A program made the translations under genes and the position numbers. A DNA stretch of 63,686 nt, the filler included, from Hyphochytrium catenoides (lineage: Eukaryota > Protista > Hyphochytriomycota): the NCBI GenBank assembly GCA_900088475.1. It is 4 parts of 4 records of this genome, joined end to end, with 100 filler letters (N's around TTAATTAATTAA, not from the genome) between each part and the next. Parts side by side here need not be neighbours in the genome. Positions count along the whole stretch, not along the records: positions 50,361 to 63,686 come from FLMG01003467.1; 3 more parts are not named here. The stretch is one strand, 5' to 3'. Under the pieces are notes generated by a model. That model saw only the letters and a list, made by a program, of their open reading frames with translations. It did no database searches and was not told the origin of the DNA. The number at the start of each line of letters is the position of its first letter. Within the stretch, counting starts at the first letter, position 1. Positions 51,151 through 63,686 of this stretch are shown here, piece after piece.

Positions 51151-51939
51151 GTTTCTCTCTCTCTCTCTCTCTCTCTTCTCTTGCTTTTTCTCTCTTTGCT
51201 TGCTCTCTTTTCTTGGTGGCTAACCCTCTTCAAAGAAGTACCTTTCACTTCCCTCTTCGGCCAGCCTCCTTCTTTCCTCTAACTCAATCACCTATTCTTT
51301 TGAGGGCATCCAATTTGGAGAGAAAGAGAGAGAGAGACATTCGCTCATTGGGGAAGAATCTTCTGTCTCTAACGAGTTATCTGCTTCTATATGATGGGAA
51401 ATGCAAGGACGAGGGGAAATTATCGAGAGAGAGAAAGGCCGAACGCAAGAGTCAGACGGAGATTTTAGGCAACGAAGAGAGAGAGAGTATAGCGTTCAGA
51501 TACTGATTATACCGAGGAGATTGCACTAAGCCACTAACCGCTTCTCTCTCCTCTCGCCTTTCCCTCTCCTTCTGTCTTCTTCTCATTCAGATAAGTGAAG
51601 CGAAAGAGAGAGGGAACAGGATAAAAAAGTACACAGATTGTGGGAGAGAGAGAAGAGAGGCGAGGACGAGACCGAAGAGAGACCAAAAGAGAGAGAGTAC
51701 GAGAGAGAGGTGGCTATCGTCTATCAGCAGTACAAAAGAGCGCAAGAGAGCAATGATGCAGGGCGTGGCCCCAGAGACGTGCAAGGCATAAGAACAGGGG
51801 AAGAAGTCAGGACACTGTGCAGCAAGAACAATCGTAAAATTTATAGAGACAGGCCAATTTGTAATCGTTTTGCCAGGGAAGCTTAGAACAAATGAGAGAG
51901 AGGGTGCTTAAGAGGAAAGCGAGAGAGAGAAAGAGAGAG

Positions 51940-52004
<65 letters not shown>

Positions 52005-53202
52005 ACCATCCAGATGGAGGGATCATCAATAGGAAAGGATGAAAACATTAAGAACAATGGACGGGGAACTGATCGATAGACAGCGAGGATTTAGACTGCA
52101 AGCGAAGTCGGGCAGCAGCAGGCTTCAACGAGACAACAACTAGAGCGACGAAGGTTGAGAGAGACAAAGGGGAGAGGGAAAGAGAGAAAGACAAAGAGAG
52201 CCAGAGTCACACGGTGTGAGAGAGAGAGAGAGAGAGAGAGAATGGAGAGACACGATGTTGCACTTGCACTTCTTGATCTTGACATCAAAAAAAAAACTTG
52301 TAACGACCATTTACCTGAATGGGTAACAAGGTTACCGCCAAGGGTCCAAACTCTTATCTTCTCCATAGTTTGGCTTGGGTGTAGGCTTCTCCGTTTCCCT
52401 GGTCCTTTGTGGGTACCCATGTGGGTCATAGTGGTTATCCCATCTTCAAGCTGGACGCTGCTTGCCTATCATCCTCGCTTCCCATCTCTGCCCTGCACAC
52501 CCGGCTTTTTTAAAATGTCTCTCTCTCTCTCTCTCCCTCCCTCAACCTCTCTCTCTCTCTTTCTCTCTCACACCCACTCTCTCTCTCCCTCTCTCACTCT
52601 CCATCTCTTTCTCTCTGTCTCTCTCTCCTCACGCTTCTCTCTTCACTTTTTCTCTCTGCCACTTCGCACCTTGTTCTTATATGTGGGTCCTCCTCTCTCT
52701 TCATTGGCTCTCTCTCTCTTTCTCTCTCTCTCTCTCTTTCTCTGTACATCTCTGTCTCGCTCTCTCTCTCCTACAATGTCTAAATATATCTCGCCCTATG
52801 TATCGGTCTGTCTGGAATCATTCTCCCCTGTCAACGCTGTACGACCTCTAACGTTATTATGGCACAAATTCTTCACATCTTCCTTGCTCTTCCTGGTTCC
52901 TTCTTCCCTCTTCTTTCCTCTCTCTTCCCCTTTCATCTTCCTCCCCTGTTCAAGTTGTTTCTCTCGAAGAACCTTGCTCAATAACTGTTCCTCTGGCTCT
53001 CTCTTCTCTCTCTCTCTCTTTCTCTTCTCTCTCTCTCTCTCTCTCTCTNNNNNNNNNNNNNNNNNNNNNNNNNNNNNNNNNNNNCTTTCTCACTCATCCA
53101 GGGAACTCTCTGGTTAACCGCTGGCACTGTACACAATAGAACCCATCAGCAACTGAGCAACCGGCAGAGCCAGAGAAGTGAAAAGAAAGAGAAGAGGAAG
53201 AA

Positions 53203-53237
<35 letters not shown>

Positions 53238-53656
53238 GAACGCCGGGAAAGAAGGGTCCTATGAAGAGACGGTAAAGGTGCCGAGATAGAATGACATATT
53301 TTGTCCTTTCTCCCTTCGTCACGTCTCTCTCCTCCGAACCCAAAAGAAGGTAATAGGACCGGCCATCGAAGACGCGTGCCCTAAGAGAAGCTAACAGGGA
53401 GAGAGACAGCGAGAAAACGAAGCGACGAACGAGAACGAGAAGAAAGAGACTGAGAGAAAGAAAGAGAGAGAGCAGATAGAGAGAGAGGAAGAATCCCATC
53501 CGAAGTAGGATCTTCGTCACTTCCCATTAGTCGGCGCGCCCGGCTGCTAATCTGAGCTTCTCAGATCTTCGAGAACCTCAGAAAGGAAAGAGCTTCGGAC
53601 AAAAAGAGAGAGAGAGAGACATTCTCTCTTCTCTCTCTTGAGGAGAGACACGAACC

Positions 53657-53855
53657 ATGAGCCGGCAATTACATCTGGAGATTGACGAAATCTCTTACCA
53701 AGGGGACCAAAAGGGAGACAACATACTGGAGGTAGGAAGAGAAACCCATAGGGAGACAGCGCGAAGAGAGAGGAGAGAAGAGGAGAAAAAATGGGAGAGG
53801 GCGGCTGGATCTGACCTGGGACGGAAGAGACAGTGATGTGTGTGAAAGAGAGAGT

Positions 53856-53909
<54 letters not shown>

Positions 53910-54332
53910 AGGGGTTGAGAGAAAGGAGAAGACAACTGCCTCTGCTAACCTTCCTGTTTTTAGGGATCAAGTCCCCGAGAGGCTGCTCTCTCCTCCCAGA
54001 AGTCACCGAGAGAGACGTCCAGCAAAGTAGGAGAGACAGCATATCTTCTTCTCTCGCCTCCCACTCCTCACTGTCTCCCGCTTTCTCACTTATAACGTAC
54101 TCCAGCTGTTTGGGCTCAGCTCTAGTGCGAGCTACCTCTCTTTGCGCATTTCTCTCTCTTTCTCTCTGTCTGTCTTGTGCTCTCTCTCTCTTTTCTATTA
54201 CTTCTTCTCTTCATCTGTGACAATTCCTTCAATGCTCTCTTATAGCACATCTACCAACAACCATGCTCCCTTTCCTTCGCTCTTTCTCTCTCTCTCTGCC
54301 TCTCTCTCTCTCTTTCTCTCTCTCTCTGTCTC

Positions 54333-54371
<39 letters not shown>

Positions 54372-55560
54372 TTTTCTCGTGTCTTCTCACAATAGGGGCG
54401 ACGTTCCCCCCGAAGAAGGAGCAGCCGTGTAGAGTCTCCCCGAGCGGGAGGAAGTCCGCGCTCACCCCGTGGATCCAGAGTCTCTCTCTCTCATGAACAG
54501 ATAGTAGACGGGGTAGGAGGAGAGAAAGAGAGAGAAAGAGGAAACGAGAGAGAAGACCGAGCGCCCGCAGAGAGAGAAGGAGAGAAAGTTCATAAAGAAC
54601 CGGCGAGGCGGAGAGGGAGCACAAGCCCTAGAAACTCCATTGGTAAGTTCTCTCTCTCTCTCTCCCCTCTCTCTTTCGTTCTCTCGCTATTTTTCTCTCT
54701 CCCTCTCATTTCCTTTCTCTCGCTACCTCTCTCTCTCTCCCTCTCATTCATTTCTCTCGCGATCTCTCTTCCTCTGTCTCTTGCTCTCTCTCTCTCTCTC
54801 TCCGTGTCTCTCCTTCTCATTCGCGACTAAAAGCTGTTGTCTCTCTCTCCATCCTGCTTCTCCTTTCTATAGCGAAAGATACGCCTCCTCCAGCATCGCC
54901 TTCGAAAGTGCAGTCACCAGGGAAAGTTGCTGGAGGTAAGAGCGGGAGATGGAGGGGAGGGAGGTATGGGGAGAGAGAGAGAGAGAGAGAGAGAGACGGA
55001 CAGACAGACATGCCGACAAACAGAGACGGGGGGAGAAAGAGAGAACACGAGAGAGAGAATCGAAGAAAAGGATGCCTATATAGATATATATAGAAAGAGA
55101 GTGAGAGAACAGAGAGATACTGAGGATGCGCTGGGGAAAGACCACCGGAGAGGATGGAAAATGCTGGCCTCGCATGCCCACTCGTGCTCGTCTTTGCGTA
55201 ACTCCTCTCTCTCTACTTTCCCACACACACTCTCTCTCTCTTCTCTCTCTTACTCTCTCTCATTCTCTCCCACTCTCTCTCCGTGTCTCTCTCTCCAGCC
55301 CCATCGAAGAAACTTTTGAGTCGACCCAAGTCTTCCTCCGGCCGTCGAGGCTCCATCGCGGCGTTTCCTACCTCTTCTTCTTCCCTTCTTCCATCTTCTC
55401 CCTCTTCTCCAACCAGTAGTTCCATTAATAACAAGGGAGGGAAAAAAGGAGGAGAAAGAAGAGATGGAAAGAGAGAGAGGGTTCGAGCTGATAGTAAAGA
55501 CGGAGGTAAGAAAGGCCGCCACCATCCCAAATCTCTTCCTCTTTCTCTCTCTCTCTTCTT

Positions 55561-55611
<51 letters not shown>

Positions 55612-56016
55612 TTCTCTCTCTCTCTCTCCTTTCCTGTCTTTGCTCTGTAGCATCTTCCGGGATCTTTCTCTTTTTCCTTTCTTCTCTCCTGTCTCCCCCT
55701 CTCTCTCTCTCTGCCATCTCCATCCGCCTCTCCTTTCTCAACTTTTCCTCTACGATCCCGCCAACGCTCTCTTTCTCACTTGTGCCTCTCATCTCCATTG
55801 ACTTCTATTAGGACACCAAGGCTCTCTCTCCCCTACCTCGGCGGCTCCCATCCTTCCTTTGGGTCCTCCGTCTTCCCTCTCTTCCTCTTCTTTTTCTTCT
55901 CTCTCTCCCTCTCTCCGCCGCCGCCGCGCGCACAGCAGTCCAAACACTGTTGCAGAGTTCTATAAATATGACCTCTCCACTGGTCAGTGGTAACATCCAC
56001 AAGACATACTTCCTCT

Positions 56017-56061
<45 letters not shown>

Positions 56062-56328
56062 GTCTCTCTTTCTTTCTCTCTCTCTTTCTGTTTCTCTCTC
56101 TTTCCCACTCCCTTCTTCCTTTTTGTTTCTCCATCTCGCGGTCCCATCATAGCTCTCTCTCTCTGTCCTTTTCTCTTTACGTTTGTCGCTCTCTTGGCTG
56201 GTTTCCCGCATTTCTGCGGCTAGTATTTCTCTTTTCGAAGGTTCTCTCCTTCTCTCTCATAACTGTTTAGAGGTCGAAAGAGGATAGTGACTCTTTCTGA
56301 GCTGGTGCTTATCAAGCGGATTATCCTT

Positions 56329-56384
<56 letters not shown>

Positions 56385-57010
56385 GTCTTGTCCCATCCAT
56401 CTTGGTTGTTCGGCTGAAGCTCCACGGTACACCTCATTGACGCCTCTCTCTCTGTCTCTTTCTCTCTCTCCCCCTTTTCTCTCTCTTTCTCTCCCTTGTG
56501 CTCTCTGTCTGTCTTCCCATTGTGCTTTCTCTCTCTTGCGCAGAGGCCATCGCTTCCTTAGTACGCATGCAGGGAATGGTGCGGAGCTACATCACAAAGA
56601 GAGAGAGAGAGGGCAGGATTCTCTCTGCTGACAGCGCCTACAGGAAAGTTTTTGCCAGGTGAGAAAAAAAAACTTTCGCTATTGTGTGCCCTCTCTCTTT
56701 GTCTCTCTCTCTCTCGCCCCTCCAATCATCCACTTTCAATCCCGTCCTTCCCTAGCCCGTCACAATATCTCTGTCCTATGACACGTGCGCTTCCTGGTGA
56801 TATTTCCAGCTTCGAGGTCGTCGTTGTTCTCTCTCTCTCTTTCTTTCTCTCTCTCTCTCTCGCTTTATAGATCCCTCGCTCTCTTCTATATCCACTTCTC
56901 GCGGTCTTTATGATCCGTTTCGTCCATTCTCGTATCTCTCTCTTCCTGTCCAGGCTCGGCCGACCTTCATACTTCTGTTCTAGTTCGAGTCTCACTCTTG
57001 TGGCCTGTCT

Positions 57011-57060
<50 letters not shown>

Positions 57061-57604
57061 GCTAGGTATTATGACCAGATGATGTACGGAAACCTGAAAG
57101 ACAGTGCGGGAGGAGCTCGGCGGGGAGTGAAGAAGAAGTGGGAGTATGTTGTGCACACTGTCGCAAGGCTTGGGAAAGGAATACTCGCAGGCAGTGCCAC
57201 ACGGTACTTTGGCGCTTTCTCTCCCACATTTATCTTTTTCCTGCCATACCTCTTTTCTCTCTCTCTTCGTCCCCTCTCTCTCTTCTCTCTCCCTTTGCTA
57301 TTACATTTTAGTCTCTCTCTCTCGCCGTCACCTCGCTGCATTCCTCAGTTCCACAGTTCCGCTCTCGCTTTCTCTCTTTTCTCCTTAGGACCTCTGATCT
57401 CTTGCTCTCGGTCACTTCCTCTGACTACCTATCGTTTTCTGCCTCTTTTCCGCCCCTTCTCTCTCTCTCCCTCTCCTACTTTCTTTTTACCTTCTCTCTC
57501 TCTCCTCCCCCCCCCTCTCTCTCGCTCTCTCTCTCTCTCACTCTCTCGCACGCTCCCGCTCTCGCTCTCTGCCTCTCTCGCACGTTCTCGCTGTCTGTCT
57601 CTCC

Positions 57605-57663
<59 letters not shown>

Positions 57664-58023
57664 CCCCTCTCTCTCTCCCCCTCTCTCTCCCCTCTTCACG
57701 TAGCTGCCTGGCCGTCGAGAACTGGTTGGAGAGCGTGGATCCGAAGCACCGGTACGGCCACGAGCTCCGTCACTATCATAAGAACTGGTTGCAGAGCGAG
57801 TCAGAGAAGAGATTCTTTCAATGGCTGGACTATGGAGAGGGAAGAGAGCTCTCTCTCCCTTCTTGCTCTCGACTCGATCTGGAAATGAAGAGAGTCAAAT
57901 ATTGCACGCCAGATAGTAGACGACAGTATGAGGTAGCAGATGGCTCTCTCTCTCTCTCTCATCACTCTCTCCCGCGTGTCAAACTCTCTCGCTCTTTCTT
58001 CCCTTGCTCAAGCCCTTTGTCTG

Positions 58024-58054
<31 letters not shown>

Positions 58055-58472
58055 TTCCTCTCTGTTGTATCTCTCTCTCTTCAACAGCCTCTTTCTACTC
58101 GCTCGCTCTCACTTCTATTTCTCTCTCTCTTCCTTCTTCTTCATTTTCCACACTCTCTCCACTTTTTTGCTCGTGTATCTCTCTCTGAGGCCCTCCATCC
58201 CACATAGCCTCTCTCCTCATCTACTGTTACTATTCTTTTCTATCCGTGGGTTATCTACTTATTAGATTGCATGGTTCTCTCTCTCCTCTCAATTCTCTCT
58301 CTCCTCTCTATTCTCTCTCTCTCTCTCTCTCTTTCTTTCTTCTTACTATAACTTTCTCTCTAACCTTAATGGTAATCCGCAACTCATCCTCCGTCGTCTC
58401 TTCTCGCGCTCCTTTCCCTCTCTTTCTCACACTCTCTCTCTCTCTTTTCTCTCTCTCTCTCTCTTTCTCACA

Positions 58473-58522
<50 letters not shown>

Positions 58523-59444
58523 CTCACGGCAGGTCAAGCTGACGGTGAAGGAGGAGGCTGAAGGTGGGGGCAAATACATTTCCCTGTCTTATATACAGGG
58601 AGGGATGCTCGTGCACACCTTTCCCGACCCTGGGAAGTGGATCTTTGTCGTGGGTCCAGACAGGAAGCTTTATGTCAACAGGAAAGAGACGGGGCACTTC
58701 CATCACTCCTCTTTCCTTGCGGGCGGGTGTACCATGGCAGGTGAGTGCAGGAAGAGAGAGAGAGAGAAAGAAAATACGATAAAAGAGAGAGAGAGTGTGG
58801 CGATAAAAGAGGAAGAATACGATTATCAGTGTAACGCATAGGTTGCTCATCTAATTTTCCTTTTGCTTCTGTCGCCTTATTGCTTCTGTCTCCTCCGTGA
58901 CCGTCTGACTCGCTTCCCTCCGCTCATCCGCTCGCCCTCATTCTCTCCCCTCTCTCTCTGTCTCTCTCTTTCTCTCTCTCTCTCTCTTTTGCTCTCTTTT
59001 CTTTCTCCACCTGTCTCTTAAAAAGCCGGAAAGCTTTACGCCGACTCTGGCAAAATGTTAGGGTTGGAGCCTCACAGCGGGCATTACCGCCCATCAGTGA
59101 ATAACCTTAAAGGTACAAGGCCTCTCCCTCTCTCTCCGGCAATCGGCGTCCCCTCTTCTTCTCTCTCTATTCTCTCTTTTCTTTGGGTTGTCTCAGGTTA
59201 GAGGAGTCCCTCTTCTTTCTATGTGTCTCTGCTCTCCCTAATTTTGCTATAGCATAGCTCTCTTCGCCACTTATTTGCTCTGACAGTGGTCAGTTCATCC
59301 TCTTGTCTTCTCTCTTTGTTGAGTTAAGCTTTCCCTTGCATTAGCTCTCTCTTAGCTCTCCCTAGTCAGGGTCATGTCTTGCTCTCTCCTACTTCTTTTG
59401 TCTTTCTCTCTCATCTCTTTCCTCTTTCTTCGTCTCCCCAGGTA

Positions 59445-59498
<54 letters not shown>

Positions 59499-59605
59499 TT
59501 GATATCTCCTTTCTCCTTCCCTGTTGCACTTATAATCTCTCTCTGTTCTACCCCAACTCCCTCTCTCTCTGTCTCTCTCTAACTGTTCTCTCTCTCTTAC
59601 TCTCT

Positions 59606-59644
<39 letters not shown>

Positions 59645-61551
59645 GCGCTGTACGCCCACCTGGAGTCATTAGGTGCGGATCTCTCTCTCATTGCCTTTGG
59701 TCGGCCCAAGCGCTGGGAAGGTCCTTGGCCCTTCCCTGACTCTCAGACCTCCATCAGCAAGAACTGCATCGAGCACAAGTACGCAAGTACGCTCGAACCT
59801 GCCGCCAAATATTTAAGTATGACTCTCCAGGTAATAAGACATAGCATCAACCATCCCAGGCTTCGTACTTAAGTGTCATCCTAAAGAGCAAGACTTACTT
59901 ACCGGCTCTCCGTTCGCAGATTGTCAAGCTCCAGAGATTTTATCGCCGAGCCCGAAGTCGGAGAGAGAGAGAAGGCTTTCTTCTCTCTTCTTCTTCTCCA
60001 TGGAAGAGAAAGGCCAAGGAGATCTATGAACAAGTGGACGATGCCCTCCCTTCTCTCTCTTCTGGAGGAAAGTGGAGCGTCCCAGCATCAGTGACCGCAG
60101 CGGGAGGAGGAGGAAGCAGAGTGAGAGCAAGGACTGAGGGCTCTCCCCCTCTTCCCTTCTGCGAAGAGACAATAGAGAAGAGAGGCGAGACAGGGCCCGA
60201 GCCTTTCTCCCCTCTTCCCCCTCTCCTCTCTGATGCCTCTAGAGAGAGAGAAGATGGGGGCATGTCTCCGTCTGTCGCGATGGCCAAGCAGAAAGAGCTT
60301 TCTTCTTGGTTAGAAGCGGTAGATACCGAGCATCGAACAGGAAAGTATCTGACTTTATACCACCGGAGATGGGTCCTTCTTGATACCAATGACTCTTTCT
60401 TCACCTGGCTGGATAAGGGAGACGGAAAGGTAATCCTCTCCTCTAGGTCTCTCCCCTCTCTCTTTAATTTCTCTTTCTCTCATTGTTCAAATCTCTCTCT
60501 CTCTGTTGATTTATCTGTCTCTCTTTCTCTCTCACTCACACTTTTGAATCAATCTCTGTCTCTTTCTGTCTTGATATTCTTCTTCCTGTCTCATTCCCCT
60601 TCCATCTTTTACCTTCTCAGTTTGTTCTCTCCACTTACTCCTGGCGGGGCCCTGCTTCTCGTTATTCTTTCCCCTTCTCGCATTGAAAGATAAGTTTCTT
60701 CTTCGTGCTGACTCAGTACAGTCTTTCCTTACCCTTTCTCTCCTCTCTTTATGTTTTGCTTGCCAGTCTGTCTTCTTTCTCTGCCTCTCTCTCTCTCTCT
60801 TTCTGTTCTTGTGCTTCTGGCTTTTTATAACTCTCTCCATATAACACTCTTCGGTGCTTTCTCTCTGTTGTCTCTCTCTTGTCATCCCTCCGGTTTTTAG
60901 GTTCTCTCTCTTCCTTCATGCTCCCGATTGGAGCTGGAGTTTAATGCATTGATTTACTGTGACGCCAGCGCGCGGCAGCAGTTCGAGGTGGAGATGGTAA
61001 GATGCACCATCGATGGGAAAAAACGCATTGTTTTGCGGTATAAAATGGGTGGAAGCTCGGTAAATTCCCATCCTCTCTGGTCCGAGCCTCCCGTTCCTTC
61101 TCTCTCTCCTCTCTCTCTTTCTTCCTCTTCTCTCTCTGCTGGCGAGTTGCCAAGTGAGAGAGGAGAGAGAGAAGTGCGGCTAGAGCTTCCGCAAGGAGAG
61201 AGTCTAAGAGAAGAAGGAGAGACGGAAGTGCTCGGGAGAAAGGCAGGAGAGAAAACGGAGAGAGAGGACGAGGGAGACGCCTATCTTCTTCTCATTGATG
61301 AGGAAGACACTGTCTACGTAAACAAGCACATACCAGGGCGCTTCCACTTCTCTTCCTTTCTCTCTGGGAAAAGAGGGAAGTTTGCAGGAGAGGTTTGGGT
61401 GGACCGTCAGGGGAGAGTGAGAAGAGTCTTTCCTGCGACAGGAAAGTTCCGCCCCTCTCTCCGGCAGCTCAGAGAGTTTATGGAGAGGTTTGGCGGATGG
61501 CTGGAAATAAAGAAGCCAAAGGAGTGGAGAGGACCATGGCCAGAACTCTGA
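53657..61551 (+). CDS. IQM-family calmodulin-binding protein with two tandem IQ+IQM units and an S/R/P-rich N-terminus, multi-exon; start codon tentative
   Basis: Unit 1: 'LVRMQGMVRSYITKR', 'WLESVDPKHRYGH', 'FFQWLDYGEG', 'WIFVV', 'FHHSSFLAGG' and 'PHSGHYRP'. Unit 2: 'IVKLQRFYRRARSRR', 'WLEAVDTEHRTG', 'FFTWLDKGDG' and 'FHFSSFLSG'. The units are joined in frame by a phase-0 intron at 59831-59919. Confidence 0.85.
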
Positions 61552-61581
61552 GTGGAGATAGAAGAGAGGACGAAAGAGATC

Positions 61582-61619
<38 letters not shown>

Positions 61620-62009
61620 AGGACAAGGAAGAGGAGGAGAAATAAAAAGAAAAGAAAGGAAGAGAGCTGTTTGTCTTGTAAGTTTTTATTTATAATATTA
61701 GGCCGCCCAGGGCCACAACAGATGCGTTGACTCTTCTCAAGTGCAATGAGATAACGGGAAACACAATATTCCGTCTCTCTCTCTCTTTGTGCCTCCTTGT
61801 CCGTCCTCTTTCTCTCGCTCTCTCTCTCCTTCGTTCGTTTCTCTCTCTTCTTTCTCTCTCGCGGCCCCTCTCTGATTACTCTCTCTGTCGAACTCAAAGA
61901 TTGGCCTCATTTCTATTGCTCGGCTCGCCTTTGGACGCTCGTTTCTCTCTCTTGGTTCTTTGCTCTAGATTCTCTCTCTTGCGTGAGACTTCTCTCCTCT
62001 TCCCTTTCT

Positions 62010-62545
62010 CTAGTCCAAGAGACACTGTAGGAAGCTCGCCAGCTTCTTGTTCTTTATCTACGGTTGACCACGGGAGAAAGACATCACAATCAGGCGGGTT
62101 AGAGAGAAGAAGAGAGAGAGAGAAATGAAAAGAGAGAAGAGAACCTATAATTTGACAGAGCTCAGAGCGAGAGTATCAGAATCAGTTAGAAAGACTTAGA
62201 AAAAGAGAGAGACAGAGAGAGGGACAAAAGGGTCGAGAGAAAGAGAGAGTGCAGAAAAAGATAGAAAATGAGCCATGGAGAAAGAGAGAGACTAGCACTG
62301 TCAGAACGACAGAGTAAGAGAGCTTATAGAGCTTCCATAAGTAGGAACAGCGGCGTTTCGGGGAGAGAGAGAGAGAAAGAGAGAGAGAGAAGGAGAATGG
62401 TACCTTCGAAATCTTTGGAGATCTGTCTCTTCTGAAGAACTAAACGGGAGAAAGGAGAGAGCGAGAGAGAAAGAAAGAAGGAAGATGAGACCCCGAGGAC
62501 GGACAAGGGCACAATAAGGATAAGAGCTGGGGAGGTGCGCTCTTT

Positions 62546-62591
<46 letters not shown>

Positions 62592-63225
62592 CAGACTAAA
62601 AGACACAAAGGTGTAACACTGAAAGAGAGTTGGGTTCATACGGTTCAAAGTAAAAGCTAAAAAAGTAAGGTTATCTTTCTGTCTCTCTTCAGGGTTAATC
62701 GCTCCAACGCGTCGAACATATGTCTCTTTCTTTCTCTCTCTCTCTCTCTTTCTCTCTCGCTTTAAATCTGTCCTGGAAAGGCTCTTCTTACCAATTCCAG
62801 CTCTGTCCTATCAGGTCTTCCATCTCCTGCGGTGCGTGTAAGAGAGAAACGATTTAGCACAAAGCGAAAAATAGAGAGGAAAGGTTGGTAAAAGAAGAGA
62901 GAAACCAGAGAGAGAGAGACAAACGAAGTCCGCCAAGGTTTCAGCAACATCCCTAAGCTTTGCCTTGCTAACGACAGAGAAGGACAGAGAGAGAAAGAGG
63001 AAAAAGAGAGAAGAAGGAAAGAGAGAGCAAGAGGGAAGAAAGAGAAAGAGAAGAGAGAGAATGAGTGTAGAGGAAAAGAGAGATTGGAAAAGAAGACGAG
63101 CCATCTCTTCTCTCTCCTTCTCTCACCATCTTTATCGAAGGCCCTCAGCGCAAGCTCAAGAGCCTTTTCATTGAGTTTCTTCTGCGACAGCACACGAGCC
63201 GCTTTGACAAATGTGCCTGGAATGA

Positions 63226-63257
<32 letters not shown>

Positions 63258-63423
63258 GTAGAGGGAACAGAGAGAGAGAGACAAGAGAGAGACACGCACA
63301 GCGGGGGCGAAAGGGAGAGAGAGTAAGACTGAGACAGAAACCGACCGCGGAAGAGAGAAATCCGTGTTGTCCACAAAAATTGCTGCACCATTATAGTTAA
63401 ACTAAGCGACGATAAAATGAAAG

Positions 63424-63455
<32 letters not shown>

Positions 63456-63613
63456 CAAAGGGTTGATAGGCGTTGAAGAAGAGAAGTTGGCAGAAGGTTC
63501 TGACCGATGTGCATTTCCTTATCTTCTCTATAGTCCAAGGCCAGCAGCAGATCCTCTCCATAGTCCTTCAGCACCGTGTGGATGTCCACAAACTCCCGGA
63601 AGGTGACTTTCTC
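62010..63613 (-). CDS. MICU-like (mitochondrial calcium uptake) EF-hand protein, C-terminal exons only
   Basis: 'EKVTFREFVDIHTVLKDYGEDLLLALD', 'FVKAARVLSQKKLNEKALELALRAFDKDG|DGRPDRTEL' and a probable last exon 'KLASFLQCLLD*' (MICU-type C-helix with Cys). Confidence 0.65.
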
Positions 63614-63619
63614 CTTTTG

Positions 63620-63650
<31 letters not shown>

Positions 63651-63686
63651 CACATGTGAGAGAGAGAGAGAGAGAGCACATGAGAG

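Noticed and set aside
62762-63679. 305-aa ORF as a complete gene
   Set aside because: It reads through CT-rich introns. The true MICU-like exons probably continue to a stop at 62010.

Overview
This is eukaryotic, intron-rich genomic DNA, probably from a stramenopile or other protist (inferred from the gene set and gene structure). It is four unordered contigs joined by artificial N44-TTAATTAATTAA-N44 spacers at 25371, 43657 and 50261, so adjacency across these spacers is not biological. Contig 1 carries a large PKD1/REJ-like membrane receptor, an ERICH2-like gene, a decayed Ty1/copia element with an apparent internal inversion, Sec23, mitochondrial glycerol-3-phosphate dehydrogenase and a possible Ty3/gypsy relic. 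Contig 2 carries HisG, an intronless fungal-type DUF2235/Tle1-like hydrolase, an AT-hook plus PolX-8-kDa-like HhH protein, and GDP-mannose 4,6-dehydratase head-to-head with a GDP-sugar transporter. It ends in a C->T-eroded region containing a Cys-rich secreted prepropeptide ORF interrupted by in-frame TAGs, and a duplicated ~620-bp element whose middle segment is flipped between copies. Contig 3 carries PIG-B, an ABHD12-like hydrolase and the start of a mitochondrial enzyme. Contig 4 carries a calcineurin-B-like EF-hand gene, one gene with two IQ+IQM units and a MICU-like EF-hand gene. Most ORFs in the supplied track are artefacts of (CT/GA)n intron microsatellites. Exon structures were built by hand and family calls rest on remembered motifs; no database search was run.
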